Positions 15,811-26,245 of a DNA stretch of 32,000 nt are shown here, piece by piece. The translations under genes and the position numbers were made by a program. Source of the stretch: Crocosphaera subtropica ATCC 51142 (lineage in GTDB: Bacteria; Cyanobacteriota; Cyanobacteriia; Cyanobacteriales; Microcystaceae); contig NC_010546.1 of the NCBI RefSeq assembly GCF_000017845.1, positions 300,001 to 332,000 of the forward strand, in the 5' to 3' direction. Within the stretch, counting starts at the first letter, position 1; every line of letters begins with the position of its first letter. Below the pieces are notes generated by a model. It was not told where the DNA came from. It saw only the letters and a program-made list of their open reading frames with translations, and did not search any database.

Positions 15811-17571
15811 ATGCTGAAACTTTTGTTAACCCAGACCGTATCTCCTGTCATTATCGGTCTATTTTTCGCCACACAACCAGCGATCGCTTCTACTGATAGA
15901 AACGAAAACTTGGATATCGTTGCTCCGACAGAAGCTTTAGAGATTATTCGTAACCGTCCCCAGTTACAAACCCCGTTGAATCGGGATACTTCCAAACAAT
16001 TTAAGGACGCAGGCAGTCAACCGTCTATGTCTCAAGTTACCAATGTTGGGGAGTTGCGGGATATTTCTCCTACAGACTGGGCTTATGAAGCCTTACGCAG
16101 CTTAGTAGAACGCTATGGTTGTATTGTCGGTTATCCCGATCGCACCTTTCGAGGAAATCGGGCTTTAAGTCGTTGGGAGTTTGCTGCTGGTTTAAATGCC
16201 TGTCTCAATACGATTGAACGACTGATCCAGGAAAATGTGGCTGTTTTACGGGAAGATATCGAGAAATTAAAACGGTTGGCACAGGAATTTGAACAAGAAT
16301 TAATCGCCTTGGGTGCCAGAGTCAGTAATCTTGAAGAAAGAGTTGCTTTTCTAGAAGATCATCAATTTTCTACCACTACCAAGTTAAACGGAGAAGTCAT
16401 TATTACCATCTCCGATGCTTGGGGAGAAAGGGCCTTAGATTTTCGGGAACAAGACTTATTCAATCAAGGGTTACTCGAAAGACGACGAATTGATGACAAT
16501 GGAGTGATCGGTCATCGAAGCCGTTATAACTTCGATACCAGCTTTACCGGGGAAGACTTACTGAAAACCCGTTTTGAAAGTGGTACTATCGTTAATTGGT
16601 CAGACCCCACCGGCACTGAAATGGCCCGTCTTGGTCATGATTCTGACAGTGGTAGTGATACCTTTATCGATGACGTTTACTATCGCTTTCCTATTGGCAA
16701 CTTAACCACTTGGGTAGGGGCTAACTCCTTAGATATTGACGACATTTTTGATGTGGGCAACCCTCTCTTATTTGCTGAAGAATCTGGAGCTTTATCCCGT
16801 TTCATTCGCTATAACCCCATTACCTTCCGTGGTCCCGAAGGAAAAGGCATTGGTATTAACTATGCTTTCAATGATGTCTTTATTCTCAGAGGACTCTATC
16901 TGAGTGATACTGCTAATGATCCGTCTCTGGGCAATGGTTTATTCAACGGGAATTACAGTACCGGGGCGCAATTAGGGGTTTATCCCACTGATGCCCTTAG
17001 TTTCACCTTTACCTATCTGCACTCGTACTTTGCAGCCGGCAACTCTGATGTTTCTTCAAGTACCGGTAGTTATGTCGAACCCGATAATCAAACCCCTCAA
17101 ACCGGCCAAGGTATTGCCAAAGATCCCTTCTTAGGGGCCCCAACCATTCGAGATAGTTATGGGATTACAGGAAACTGGCGGATTAATGAAACCTTTAACT
17201 TCTCCGCTTGGGGTGGTTATGCTTTAGCCCGCGCCCAAGGTTTAGATGCTGAGGGGAATAGTCGCAAAGGGTTTGGGTCCGATGTTTGGGCTTGGAGTGC
17301 CTCGTTATCTATGGTTGATATTGGTAAAGAAGGGGCTGTTTTAAGTATTGCTGGCGGTTCTATTACTAATAGTCGACGGATTGATGCCATTACAGGAGAT
17401 TTAACGGTTCCTGACCAAGATACCCCTTATATTATTGAAACTCAATATCGTTATCCCTTGAACGATAATATTTTGTTAACGCCTGGAGTGTTTGTTATTC
17501 TGCAACCAGATGGCAATAACGAAAACAACAGTATTTGGGTAGGTGCATTGCGAACCACATTTACTTTCTAA
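15811..17571 (+). CDS. Outer-membrane porin, SLH domain + OprB-family beta-barrel (cyanobacterial iron-uptake-porin type)
   Basis: Signal peptide MLKLLLTQTVSPVIIGLFFATQPAIA. SLH motif DISPTDWAYEALRSLVERYGCIVGYPDRTFRGNRALSRWEFAAGLNACL. A coiled-coil linker, then a long beta-rich domain ending in ...GALRTTFTF. ATG at 15811 preferred over TTG at 15802. Confidence 0.85.
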   Translation: MLKLLLTQTVSPVIIGLFFATQPAIASTDRNENLDIVAPTEALEIIRNRPQLQTPLNRDTSKQFKDAGSQPSMSQVTNVGELRDISPTDWAYEALRSLVERYGCIVGYPDRTFRGNRALSRWEFAAGLNACLNTIERLIQENVAVLREDIEKLKRLAQEFEQELIALGARVSNLEERVAFLEDHQFSTTTKLNGEVIITISDAWGERALDFREQDLFNQGLLERRRIDDNGVIGHRSRYNFDTSFTGEDLLKTRFESGTIVNWSDPTGTEMARLGHDSDSGSDTFIDDVYYRFPIGNLTTWVGANSLDIDDIFDVGNPLLFAEESGALSRFIRYNPITFRGPEGKGIGINYAFNDVFILRGLYLSDTANDPSLGNGLFNGNYSTGAQLGVYPTDALSFTFTYLHSYFAAGNSDVSSSTGSYVEPDNQTPQTGQGIAKDPFLGAPTIRDSYGITGNWRINETFNFSAWGGYALARAQGLDAEGNSRKGFGSDVWAWSASLSMVDIGKEGAVLSIAGGSITNSRRIDAITGDLTVPDQDTPYIIETQYRYPLNDNILLTPGVFVILQPDGNNENNSIWVGALRTTFTF

Positions 17572-17591
17572 ACTTTAGGATGAAACACAGA

Positions 17592-17616
17592 AGAGATAAT
17601 CAAGATGATTATCTCT
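17592..17616. terminator. Hairpin between the convergent porin and por genes (possible bidirectional terminator)
   Basis: AGAGATAATC-aagat-GATTATCTCT: a perfect 10-bp stem with a 5-nt loop, 21 nt after the porin stop and 26 nt after the por stop. Flanking T-runs are weak. Confidence 0.5.
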
Positions 17617-17641
17617 TCCCTAAAACTGAGAAACCTAGATT

Positions 17642-18631
<990 letters not shown>

Positions 18632-19142
18632 TTATTAACGAAGATCACAATTTCACACCACGTTGTAATTCAGTAATTATGTAATGTGCCAAACTTTAGG
18701 GGACATTGTAAAGACTTCGAGTCATAAGTCTTCTAACTCAAGGTCTTCCCGTTAGGCGTTAGAAGTAAGAATAGTAATCATAATACTCTATTTGCGTGAT
18801 CACAGGGAGACTATGATGAAGAACAAAATTTATAAATAGATTAAATCACATACTTGCATTTAAGATTACTGTTATAATACTCGAAAATCCAAAAACATTA
18901 GTTTGATTTAAGGCAATTAACAATGGTTAAGAACAGGTTAAAAGACATAGATAAAAATATCTAGATCAATAAACTAATTTTTTGATCCTTCGGTAGAACC
19001 TATGTATATAGCTAAAAATCAAGTCTTCCTACCTAAACCTAAAAAATCTTTTTTCTTGAAATTATCAAAGTATTTTCGGTTACTTTTTCCCAACAAGCCA
19101 ATGTATCATGAACACATAGAGAAAACAACAGGAGCCAAACAA

Positions 19143-19310
19143 ATGAACTTCAACAATACCTTCGCTGCTATCTTAACCATTGCTTTAACTGCTGGTCTTA
19201 ATATTTCTGCAATGGCTAATGTTCCTACTGAACAAGAAAACCAAAAAGAGAACAATAATCCTATTACTGAAACAACCCAACCTCAATGGTGTTTTCCTGG
19301 TCGTTGTTAA
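19143..19310 (+). CDS. Small secreted peptide (55 aa) with a C-terminal Cys-x4-Cys loop, hypothetical
   Basis: ATG 19143 is preceded by AGGAG about 9 nt upstream. Signal peptide MNFNNTFAAILTIALTAGLNISAMA, then the polar NVPTEQENQKENNNPITETTQPQWCFPGRC. Lies 157 nt upstream of tpsA on the same strand. The ORF-track extension to 19002 looks non-coding. Confidence 0.45.
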   Translation: MNFNNTFAAILTIALTAGLNISAMANVPTEQENQKENNNPITETTQPQWCFPGRC

Positions 19311-19466
19311 GTAAATATTGTAAAAGAACTTTGTATCAACCATTGTTTTATGGTAATAGCATTAGATTGAGAGTACGTTTATAATTTAAGAGTGAATTTA
19401 GTTACGGTGAGTAAACTTCCCCAAAAACTAAAATCATGAAATTATAAAGACGATCAATTTTAATGT

Positions 19467-22166
19467 GTGATGAGTAATAACAATGATCAATATTTGTGTA
19501 AAAAGCAGATAGTTTTGACTGGTCTTAACCTAATTATCCTAAAACACTTAAGCTTTTTTTCCGTAGCTTCTGCACAAGTTTTTGAAGATGGGACTGTCAA
19601 TACTCAAGTTACTTCAACGAATAATCAGCTAGTGATTAGTGGAGGAACTGAAAAAGGGAATAATTTATTTCATAGTTTTGAGCAGTTTTCTATTCCCAAT
19701 AACATCGAAGCTTATTTTAATAATTCTGATAATATCAATAACATTATTAGCCGTGTCACAGGAAACTCTATTTCCAACATTGAGGGAATAATTAGAGCAA
19801 ATGGTACGGCAAATTTACTTTTAATTAATCCTAATGGTATTACTTTCGGTCCCAATAGTCAAATTAATATTGGGGGTTCTTTTTTAGCGACAACTGCTGA
19901 GAATATAACTTTTGCTGATGGGGTGCAATTTGGTGCTATTAACGCACAACCAAACTCTCTATTAACCATGAGTGTTCCTGTTGGATTACAATTTGGGTCA
20001 AATCCAAGCCCAATTAGAAATCAAGGAAATATTTTGGGGATTAAGCCTGGTAATACCCTTGCCTTAGTTGGGGGAGATTTGATTTTTTCTGGTAGTAATT
20101 TATTAGTTTCAGATTTACAAGTAGAATTAGGAAGCGTTGGCAGTCATAGTAACGTTCAAATTAGAAATAATGAGGCAGGATTTCAAGTAGGTTATCAAAC
20201 AGTCAAGAATTTTCAAGATATTTCATTATCCCAAGAATCACAACTTGTTGCGTTCAATTCAACTTTTAATTTACAAGGACGACATATCACACTAGATCAA
20301 AGCATAATTGTTAGTGTTACTCAAGGCTCTCAAGTAGCAGGAGATATTAATGTTAACGCTTCAAAATCCGTTGAGCTTATTGGCCTGAAAAATTCTGAGT
20401 TTACAACTGGTTTTTTAGCTCAAGTCGAAGAAGGAGCAACAGGTAGAGGTGGTAATTTATTGATCAATACTCAAAAATTAATCATTCAAGATGGTGCTGG
20501 TTTATCAGCAGGATCTAGGGGAGAGGGACAAGCAGGAACTTTAATGATTAATGCTTCTGAATTAGTTGAATTGACTGGAACAGGTTTTTTTAGTCCAAGT
20601 CTTCTAACTACCTCTACTGATAGTTTAGGAGATGGGGGAGAAATTGAAATTAATACTAAGCAATTAATTATAAGAGATGGAGGGAGTATAGAAGCATTTA
20701 CCCTTGGTAATGGTCAAGGAGGTACTATCACCATTAATGCTTCTGAATTAGTCCAAATCAGTGGCAGTGGAATAATTGGGGCGACGCAAACCGAAACTTC
20801 TAGTCAAATTACTACCAGTTCTGGTTTACAAGATGTAGGTTTAGGAATCGCACCTGGAGGTAATCTAAGTATCAATACTGAGCAATTGAAGGTTACGAAT
20901 GGTGGTATTGTTAATGCAGGAAGTTTAGGCTCAGGCAACGCAGGAAACGTTAATATTAGGGCTAATTCAATCTTTTTGGATAATCAAGGAATTATTACGG
21001 CATCTTCTGAAGGAACGGGAAATGCTGGAAACTTAACCATTAATACGGATCAATTAACGGTCAATGAACGCTCAGAAGTAGCTGTGAGAAGCATCGGAAC
21101 CGGTGAAGGAGGTAATTTAACCCTCAATGCACAATCTATTTCTTTGGATGACAAAAGTAGACTCACTGCTACCAGTGAAGCATTAGATCCTGAAATTGCC
21201 CTAGAATTAGGACTTGATCCAGAAGTTTTAGAATTAGATAATGGTTTAGCCAATGCAGGGAGTTTAAACATTACCACCGATAATCTCAGGGTTAATGATG
21301 ATTCAGAAGTAACCGTTAGCAGTTTTGGGTTAGGCAATGCCGGGGATATTAATATAAGAGCAACGGATATTCTTTTAGATAATAGTAGTCGCTTATCCGC
21401 CGAAACAGCATCGGGAGAAGGAGGAAATATTAGCCTTGATGTGGCTCAATTTTTAACACTACGTCGTGGTAGTACCCTTTCTACTACCGCAGGAACCACA
21501 GGAGGACTAGGAAACGGAGGAAACATTGATATTAATGCCCTATTTATCATTGCTGTTCCCACGGAAAACAGTGATATTATTGCCAATGCTTTTTTAGGTC
21601 GTGGGGGTAATATTAATATCGATGCTGCGGGAGTTTTTGGGATCGAAGAACGGGAAAGATTAACCCCGTTGAGCGATATCACCGCCAGTTCTCAATTTGG
21701 TCAAGTAGGAAATATCGGTATTAACCGTCCTGATGTTGATCCCCAACGAAGCTTAGTTAAACTGCCTGACGAAGTAGTAGACACCAATAACGTAATAGTG
21801 GATGCTTGTCGTCCCGGTGGGGCTTTAACCAGAGGGGAATTTACCATTACAGGACGGGGTGGGTTACCATCTAATCCCAATGAAGGAGTAGACAACCCCA
21901 CAGGATTAACTGAATTAGGTTATCCTACTAATACTGATTCATCGAATTTTGTACCTTCGGAGCAAAATCGTTCTTCTCCTGCCCCTGAAGTCTATACCAA
22001 TCAAAACGAGACATACACACCCACCATTGTCGAAGCACAAGGATGGATTATTAATGCTGATGGTAATGTAGTGCTAACAGCACAAGCTTCCACTGTGACT
22101 CCTCACAGTCCTGGTTTAAGCCCTGCTACCTGTTATGATTTGTCAAACCGTAACTCGTCTCCCTAA
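19467..22166 (+). CDS. Two-partner secretion exoprotein (TpsA) with filamentous-haemagglutinin N-terminal (TPS) domain and beta-helix repeats
   Basis: Signal peptide ...FFSVASA|QV. TPS-domain motifs NLFHSFEQFSI, NIISRVTG, LLLINPNGITFGP and GGSFLATT. Many G(N/E)(A/G)GN(L/V/I)x(I/L)N beta-helix repeats. C-terminal GEFTITGRGGLPSNP ... EAQGWIINADGNVVLTAQ. GTG 19467 or ATG 19470 as the start. Confidence 0.85.
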   Translation: MMSNNNDQYLCKKQIVLTGLNLIILKHLSFFSVASAQVFEDGTVNTQVTSTNNQLVISGGTEKGNNLFHSFEQFSIPNNIEAYFNNSDNINNIISRVTGNSISNIEGIIRANGTANLLLINPNGITFGPNSQINIGGSFLATTAENITFADGVQFGAINAQPNSLLTMSVPVGLQFGSNPSPIRNQGNILGIKPGNTLALVGGDLIFSGSNLLVSDLQVELGSVGSHSNVQIRNNEAGFQVGYQTVKNFQDISLSQESQLVAFNSTFNLQGRHITLDQSIIVSVTQGSQVAGDINVNASKSVELIGLKNSEFTTGFLAQVEEGATGRGGNLLINTQKLIIQDGAGLSAGSRGEGQAGTLMINASELVELTGTGFFSPSLLTTSTDSLGDGGEIEINTKQLIIRDGGSIEAFTLGNGQGGTITINASELVQISGSGIIGATQTETSSQITTSSGLQDVGLGIAPGGNLSINTEQLKVTNGGIVNAGSLGSGNAGNVNIRANSIFLDNQGIITASSEGTGNAGNLTINTDQLTVNERSEVAVRSIGTGEGGNLTLNAQSISLDDKSRLTATSEALDPEIALELGLDPEVLELDNGLANAGSLNITTDNLRVNDDSEVTVSSFGLGNAGDINIRATDILLDNSSRLSAETASGEGGNISLDVAQFLTLRRGSTLSTTAGTTGGLGNGGNIDINALFIIAVPTENSDIIANAFLGRGGNINIDAAGVFGIEERERLTPLSDITASSQFGQVGNIGINRPDVDPQRSLVKLPDEVVDTNNVIVDACRPGGALTRGEFTITGRGGLPSNPNEGVDNPTGLTELGYPTNTDSSNFVPSEQNRSSPAPEVYTNQNETYTPTIVEAQGWIINADGNVVLTAQASTVTPHSPGLSPATCYDLSNRNSSP

Positions 22167-23865
22167 CCTATTGTGTTGTTCTTTTTGTTTTTTGTGCTTA
22201 AGTGGTGGGTTTACTGCTAAATTAACGGCGCAATCTTTTGATAATAGTCCCATTCCTCCTACTTCTGTCCCTGAGTTACCTCAACCTGTTCCTTTACCGG
22301 AAACTCCGTTAAAGCCTCCTACTGTTTCTCCTGTCCCTACAGAAGAAGTATCTCCCAATATTCCAGGAACGATTACCGTTAAGCAGTTTCGTTTTGAAGG
22401 AAACACCGCTTTTGACACAGAAGAATTAACCAAAGTTATTGAGGGGTTTATTGATCGCCCTTTGACCTTTGCGGAGTTATTACAAGCGAGATCGGCTATT
22501 ACTCAGTATTATATTGATCGGGGTTATGTCACCTCTGGGGCTTATATTCCTCCCCAAACCATCGAAAATGGCATTGTTGCCATTAAAATTGTTGAGGGGC
22601 AATTAGAAGATATTCAAGTTACCGTTGAAGGAAAACTCAATCCTAATTATGTACGCGATCGCTTAGGGTTAGGGGGACAAACTCCATTAAATATCCCTCG
22701 CTTAGTGGAGTCTTTACAACTGCTACAATTAAACCCTGTTATTGATAGTATTTCGGCCGAATTAACCCCCAGTCCCCGTCCGGGTAATAATATTTTAGTG
22801 GTTAATGTTGTCTCGGCCCGTTCTTTTTATCCGAGTTTGATTTTTGATAATGGTCGTAACCCCCAAGTAGGAGAAATTCGTCGGGGGTTTAATTTAGCTG
22901 AAAGGAATTTATTAGGTCTTGGTGATAAAGCAGAGTTTAGCTATTTTAATACGGATGCCAGTGACGATGTAGAAGTAACTTATCAAGTTCCTGTTAATGT
23001 TTATAATGGCACGATTGAAGTAGGCTATAGAAGTTTAACCGGAGAAATTATTGAGGAACCTTTAGATATTTTAGACATTAATTCTGATTATCAAAAATAT
23101 TCTCTTCGCTTTCGACAACCAATTATTCAAACCCCCTCACAAGAATTGACGTTAGGATTAGATATTGATCATCAAAAGAGTAAAACCCTTTATTTAGATG
23201 GCCTGGCTTTTCCTTCTAGGGGTTCTGATACTAATGGAAGAACCCATATTTCTACGATTCGATTTTCTCAAGAATGGGTAGGAAGATCAGCAACGCAAGT
23301 ATTATCAGCAAGGTCAGAATTTGATTGGGGAATTGAAGCCTTTGGAACAACTATACCCTTTGATTTACAGGTAAATCCTGATGCTCCTTATAGTAACTAT
23401 TTTTTATGGCGAGGACAAGCACAATGGGTTAAATTATTGGCGGACGATACTTTATTTGTCTTGAGAAGTGATATGCAGTTTGCAGATCGGCCTATCGTTT
23501 CTTTAGAACAATTTTCGTTAGGGGGAATCGGAAATGTTAAAGGATATCGCCAAAATTCGTTATTAACAGATAATGGTATTTTTGCAGGAATGGAGTTACG
23601 TTTTCCTGTTTATCGTCTTCCTAAAGATAGGTTTGTGGTACAGATTGTTCCTTTTTTAAACTATGGTCAAGGATGGAATAGTGGGGAAGAACCTGATCCC
23701 CCGATTAATGAATTAGCTTCTGTTGGTGTCGGTTTACAAGTTCAATATGGTGATTTTTTTAATGCTCGTCTTGACTGGGCCAACCGATTAGGAAAGGAAC
23801 TATTTCAAGGCGGTGATTCTTTACAGGATGATGGATTTTTTTTTACTATTACTATTAGTCCGTAA
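22135..23865 (+). CDS. ShlB/FhaC/HecB-family outer-membrane TpsB translocator (POTRA + beta-barrel)
   Basis: 576 aa with a signal peptide and a Pro-rich linker. POTRA-like ITVKQFRFEGNTAFDTEELTKVI... and IKIVEGQLEDIQV. Beta-barrel with GGIGNVKGYRQN. Overlaps the tpsA 3' end by 32 nt. Confidence 0.85.
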   Translation: MICQTVTRLPNLLCCSFCFLCLSGGFTAKLTAQSFDNSPIPPTSVPELPQPVPLPETPLKPPTVSPVPTEEVSPNIPGTITVKQFRFEGNTAFDTEELTKVIEGFIDRPLTFAELLQARSAITQYYIDRGYVTSGAYIPPQTIENGIVAIKIVEGQLEDIQVTVEGKLNPNYVRDRLGLGGQTPLNIPRLVESLQLLQLNPVIDSISAELTPSPRPGNNILVVNVVSARSFYPSLIFDNGRNPQVGEIRRGFNLAERNLLGLGDKAEFSYFNTDASDDVEVTYQVPVNVYNGTIEVGYRSLTGEIIEEPLDILDINSDYQKYSLRFRQPIIQTPSQELTLGLDIDHQKSKTLYLDGLAFPSRGSDTNGRTHISTIRFSQEWVGRSATQVLSARSEFDWGIEAFGTTIPFDLQVNPDAPYSNYFLWRGQAQWVKLLADDTLFVLRSDMQFADRPIVSLEQFSLGGIGNVKGYRQNSLLTDNGIFAGMELRFPVYRLPKDRFVVQIVPFLNYGQGWNSGEEPDPPINELASVGVGLQVQYGDFFNARLDWANRLGKELFQGGDSLQDDGFFFTITISP

Positions 23866-23900
23866 AAGGAAATAAAGAATTTGAAATTGACAATGCTCAA

Positions 23901-25058
23901 TTACTGTGGAATTTTTTGTAATTGAGTTTGTAAAGATTGTTCGCAATTAATGGTTAAACCGATTAAACGTTGAGTCAAGAAACTAGAAACTTTATTGCTT
24001 TCTTGAGGGAATAAAAGCCAACGACTGCCTGATGGTAAGTTATCAAAACTCGCAGGATTTTGGGTAATCCAAATTAAGGGAATTTTAGGTAAAATATGCT
24101 GTTGATTCTCTTCTTCTGCATTAACGGCCGCTAAGGTTTCTAATACGGTACGATTGCCATAAATCAGTCCTGTTTTAGCTGTCCATAATTTAACATTTAA
24201 TTGGGCGCGACTGGCATAGAAATATAAAGAAGCTGCTGCAATAACCGCCTGTTCAAAATTATCATTCCCCCATGAAGAACCACTATCCAAACAAATAATA
24301 ATATCTTCTCCTCCTGTAATCACTTCTAACTCTCTTACCTGGAACTCATCGTATTTAGCACTGGTACGCCAATGGATCATCCGCATGGGATCACCATAAC
24401 GGTAAGGGCGTAACGCCTTGGTAACCCCTTCATTGGCCCCTTGAAAACGGCGATCGCTTTGCTTTTGGTCGCTTTCTTCTTGTCCGATGGTGTCAATCAA
24501 AGGACAATGATTTAAGGGTAATATTTGAGGATAAACCACCGCTTTAGCAGGGACTTCTTGACTGCGACGACACCAAAACAGTCCTAGGGGTGAACCACTG
24601 CGTAATTCTATTTCATGCCAATGATAAACCCCTCTTTGTTGGGTTTTTAGGTAGTAGATCCAATGATATTCCCCTTTAGGTTCAATGGCTTCAATGGCTG
24701 TGTTTTTCGGCTGTTCCATGACCACAGGAACGATATCCCATAATTGCAGTAAGGTTTTAGGAGATTTTGACTTATTTTCGATGATTACTTCTATGGTTAG
24801 ATCATCCCCTGCACTAACAGGTTGAATGGCATGACGATGCACTTGTATTTGGGAGAGCGATCGCAGTGAAAGAATAGCGGATAATATCAATAACGCTAAA
24901 ATGGTACCGCTTAAGACATATAACCATCCGGCCATGGTATTGGTTGCTGCACCAAAAAAACATAAAGCTAATACAGCTAATAACCAACCACCAAAAGCGG
25001 GGGTTGTCCAATGGGTTTCTAACCAGTCTGTGAGAGGAAAAGTGCCTTGTCTCGCCAT
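23901..25058 (-). CDS. DUF58 domain-containing protein (MoxR-associated family)
   Basis: 385 aa. Two N-terminal TM helices, then the DUF58 core LRPYRYGDPMRMIHWRTSAKYDEFQVRELE and a VWA-like tail. No moxR is adjacent in this window. Confidence 0.75.
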   Translation of the reverse strand: MARQGTFPLTDWLETHWTTPAFGGWLLAVLALCFFGAATNTMAGWLYVLSGTILALLILSAILSLRSLSQIQVHRHAIQPVSAGDDLTIEVIIENKSKSPKTLLQLWDIVPVVMEQPKNTAIEAIEPKGEYHWIYYLKTQQRGVYHWHEIELRSGSPLGLFWCRRSQEVPAKAVVYPQILPLNHCPLIDTIGQEESDQKQSDRRFQGANEGVTKALRPYRYGDPMRMIHWRTSAKYDEFQVRELEVITGGEDIIICLDSGSSWGNDNFEQAVIAAASLYFYASRAQLNVKLWTAKTGLIYGNRTVLETLAAVNAEEENQQHILPKIPLIWITQNPASFDNLPSGSRWLLFPQESNKVSSFLTQRLIGLTINCEQSLQTQLQKIPQ

Positions 25059-25248
25059 AATATGAGGTCAGTAAAGTGTGGCGTTTGTTCTTCTTGTGAT
25101 CATAGCAAAACTTCGACTTACACAAAGTTAAATTTAATTCTATTAAGTTTAATTAACTCATTGTTAATGATGTGATCAGTCTCACTGTGATGTTTGAGGA
25201 AAATTACTATAATTTTTCTTATCAAATCAAAGTACAAAAAATTTAAAA

Positions 25249-25818
25249 ATGACAACAACTATTGATGCTCGTGTTAAAAGTGTTTATAAATTAGCTAAGA
25301 CCTATCCTGATAATCAACAATTACAAGAAGCGGTTGGAGTGGTTAAGACGTTACGACGTTCTCAAGGTCAATTAGCTTTTTGGAGTGAACAACATAAAAT
25401 AGATAAGAAACAATTAAAAGCAGAAATTATTACCTTGTCAAGAGAAAATCAAGCCTTAGAAGTCCAAATAAGATTAAAAGTTCAAGATATTGATCGTTTG
25501 AAGTCTGAGTTAACACAGATTAATGAACAGATGACACAATTAACTGAGGAAAAACAAAGAATGATAGCCCAACGGGATAGGGTAATTGCTCAATTAAAAC
25601 AAATTGAAACAGAGGTGGAACTTGCTACTATTCAAGTAAGACAAACAAATGATTTATTCAAGAAATTTAGTATTATTTGGACATTACTTCAATCTTTATT
25701 TTTTAGGGATACTCGTCAAGGTTATGGCAAAATAGATAATACACTACCTGACTTTAAGGATAAACCTCAAATGGGAACGAGTTCTGCTGATATTGGTAGA
25801 GATTTATTAGATAAATAA
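25249..25818 (+). CDS. Hypothetical coiled-coil protein
   Basis: 189-aa ORF with an ATG start. Long heptad-like region (QLKAEIITLSRENQALEVQIRLKVQDIDRLKSELTQINEQMTQLTEEKQRMIAQRDRVIAQLKQIETEVE), then a short hydrophobic stretch FSIIWTLLQSLFF. No family recognised. Confidence 0.5.
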   Translation: MTTTIDARVKSVYKLAKTYPDNQQLQEAVGVVKTLRRSQGQLAFWSEQHKIDKKQLKAEIITLSRENQALEVQIRLKVQDIDRLKSELTQINEQMTQLTEEKQRMIAQRDRVIAQLKQIETEVELATIQVRQTNDLFKKFSIIWTLLQSLFFRDTRQGYGKIDNTLPDFKDKPQMGTSSADIGRDLLDK

Positions 25819-25839
25819 TGAGTATTTAAGGTAAGAATT

Positions 25840-26220
25840 ATGTCACGATTTAGTGAATTAATTGAAGAGTTAGAGGATTTACAGCAACAAGATATTAAAA
25901 ATTCTGCTAAAGTCTTCTCCATTACAGCAAGCTTATCCACTCGCTTACATCAATTATTAGATGCTGTCGAAACTTCTAATAAAGCTCTTCCTAAAAGCAA
26001 AATAACAAAAGAAGAATTAATTAAGCGTTATGGAAGTTATAATAATGCTTATGCTGCTTATAAAAAAGCGTATGGAATAAAATGTAAAGGATGGGACCGT
26101 TTCTTACAAGCTATCGAAGGATTATCACCACCGACTTCTTTAGAAGAAAGAGTCGAAAAATTAGAAGAAACAGTTAAACTTTTAGTCAAAATCCTGATAG
26201 AAAATGAAACAAAAATATAA
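25840..26220 (+). CDS. Hypothetical protein (helical, 126 aa)
   Basis: Starts 21 nt after the previous stop, so likely co-transcribed. Central KEELIKRYGSYNNAYAAYKKAYGIKCKGWDRFLQAI is flanked by acidic helices. No family recognised. Confidence 0.5.
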   Translation: MSRFSELIEELEDLQQQDIKNSAKVFSITASLSTRLHQLLDAVETSNKALPKSKITKEELIKRYGSYNNAYAAYKKAYGIKCKGWDRFLQAIEGLSPPTSLEERVEKLEETVKLLVKILIENETKI

Positions 26221-26245
26221 GTCGATAATTTAACAATGAACTGTA

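Noticed and set aside
19002-19142. N-terminal extension of the small peptide ORF (MYIAKNQVFLPKPKK...)
   Set aside because: The extension is Lys/Phe-rich AT-biased sequence with no RBS. The internal ATG at 19143 has an AGGAG RBS and yields a canonical signal peptide.
19290-19310. Resemblance of CFPGRC to the CFPDGRC junction of the cyclic sunflower trypsin inhibitor SFTI-1
   Set aside because: The match covers six or seven residues, with no Bowman-Birk reactive loop and no cyclisation machinery. It is most likely coincidence.
21050-21901. Three minus-strand ORFs (95, 78 and 66 aa) inside tpsA
   Set aside because: They are antisense to the repetitive beta-helix coding region. Their Pro/Ser/Leu-rich low complexity is typical of antisense artefacts.
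24814-25125. 103-aa minus-strand ORF overlapping the DUF58 gene start
   Set aside because: It is an out-of-frame overlap with a well-supported DUF58 CDS and has no independent support.
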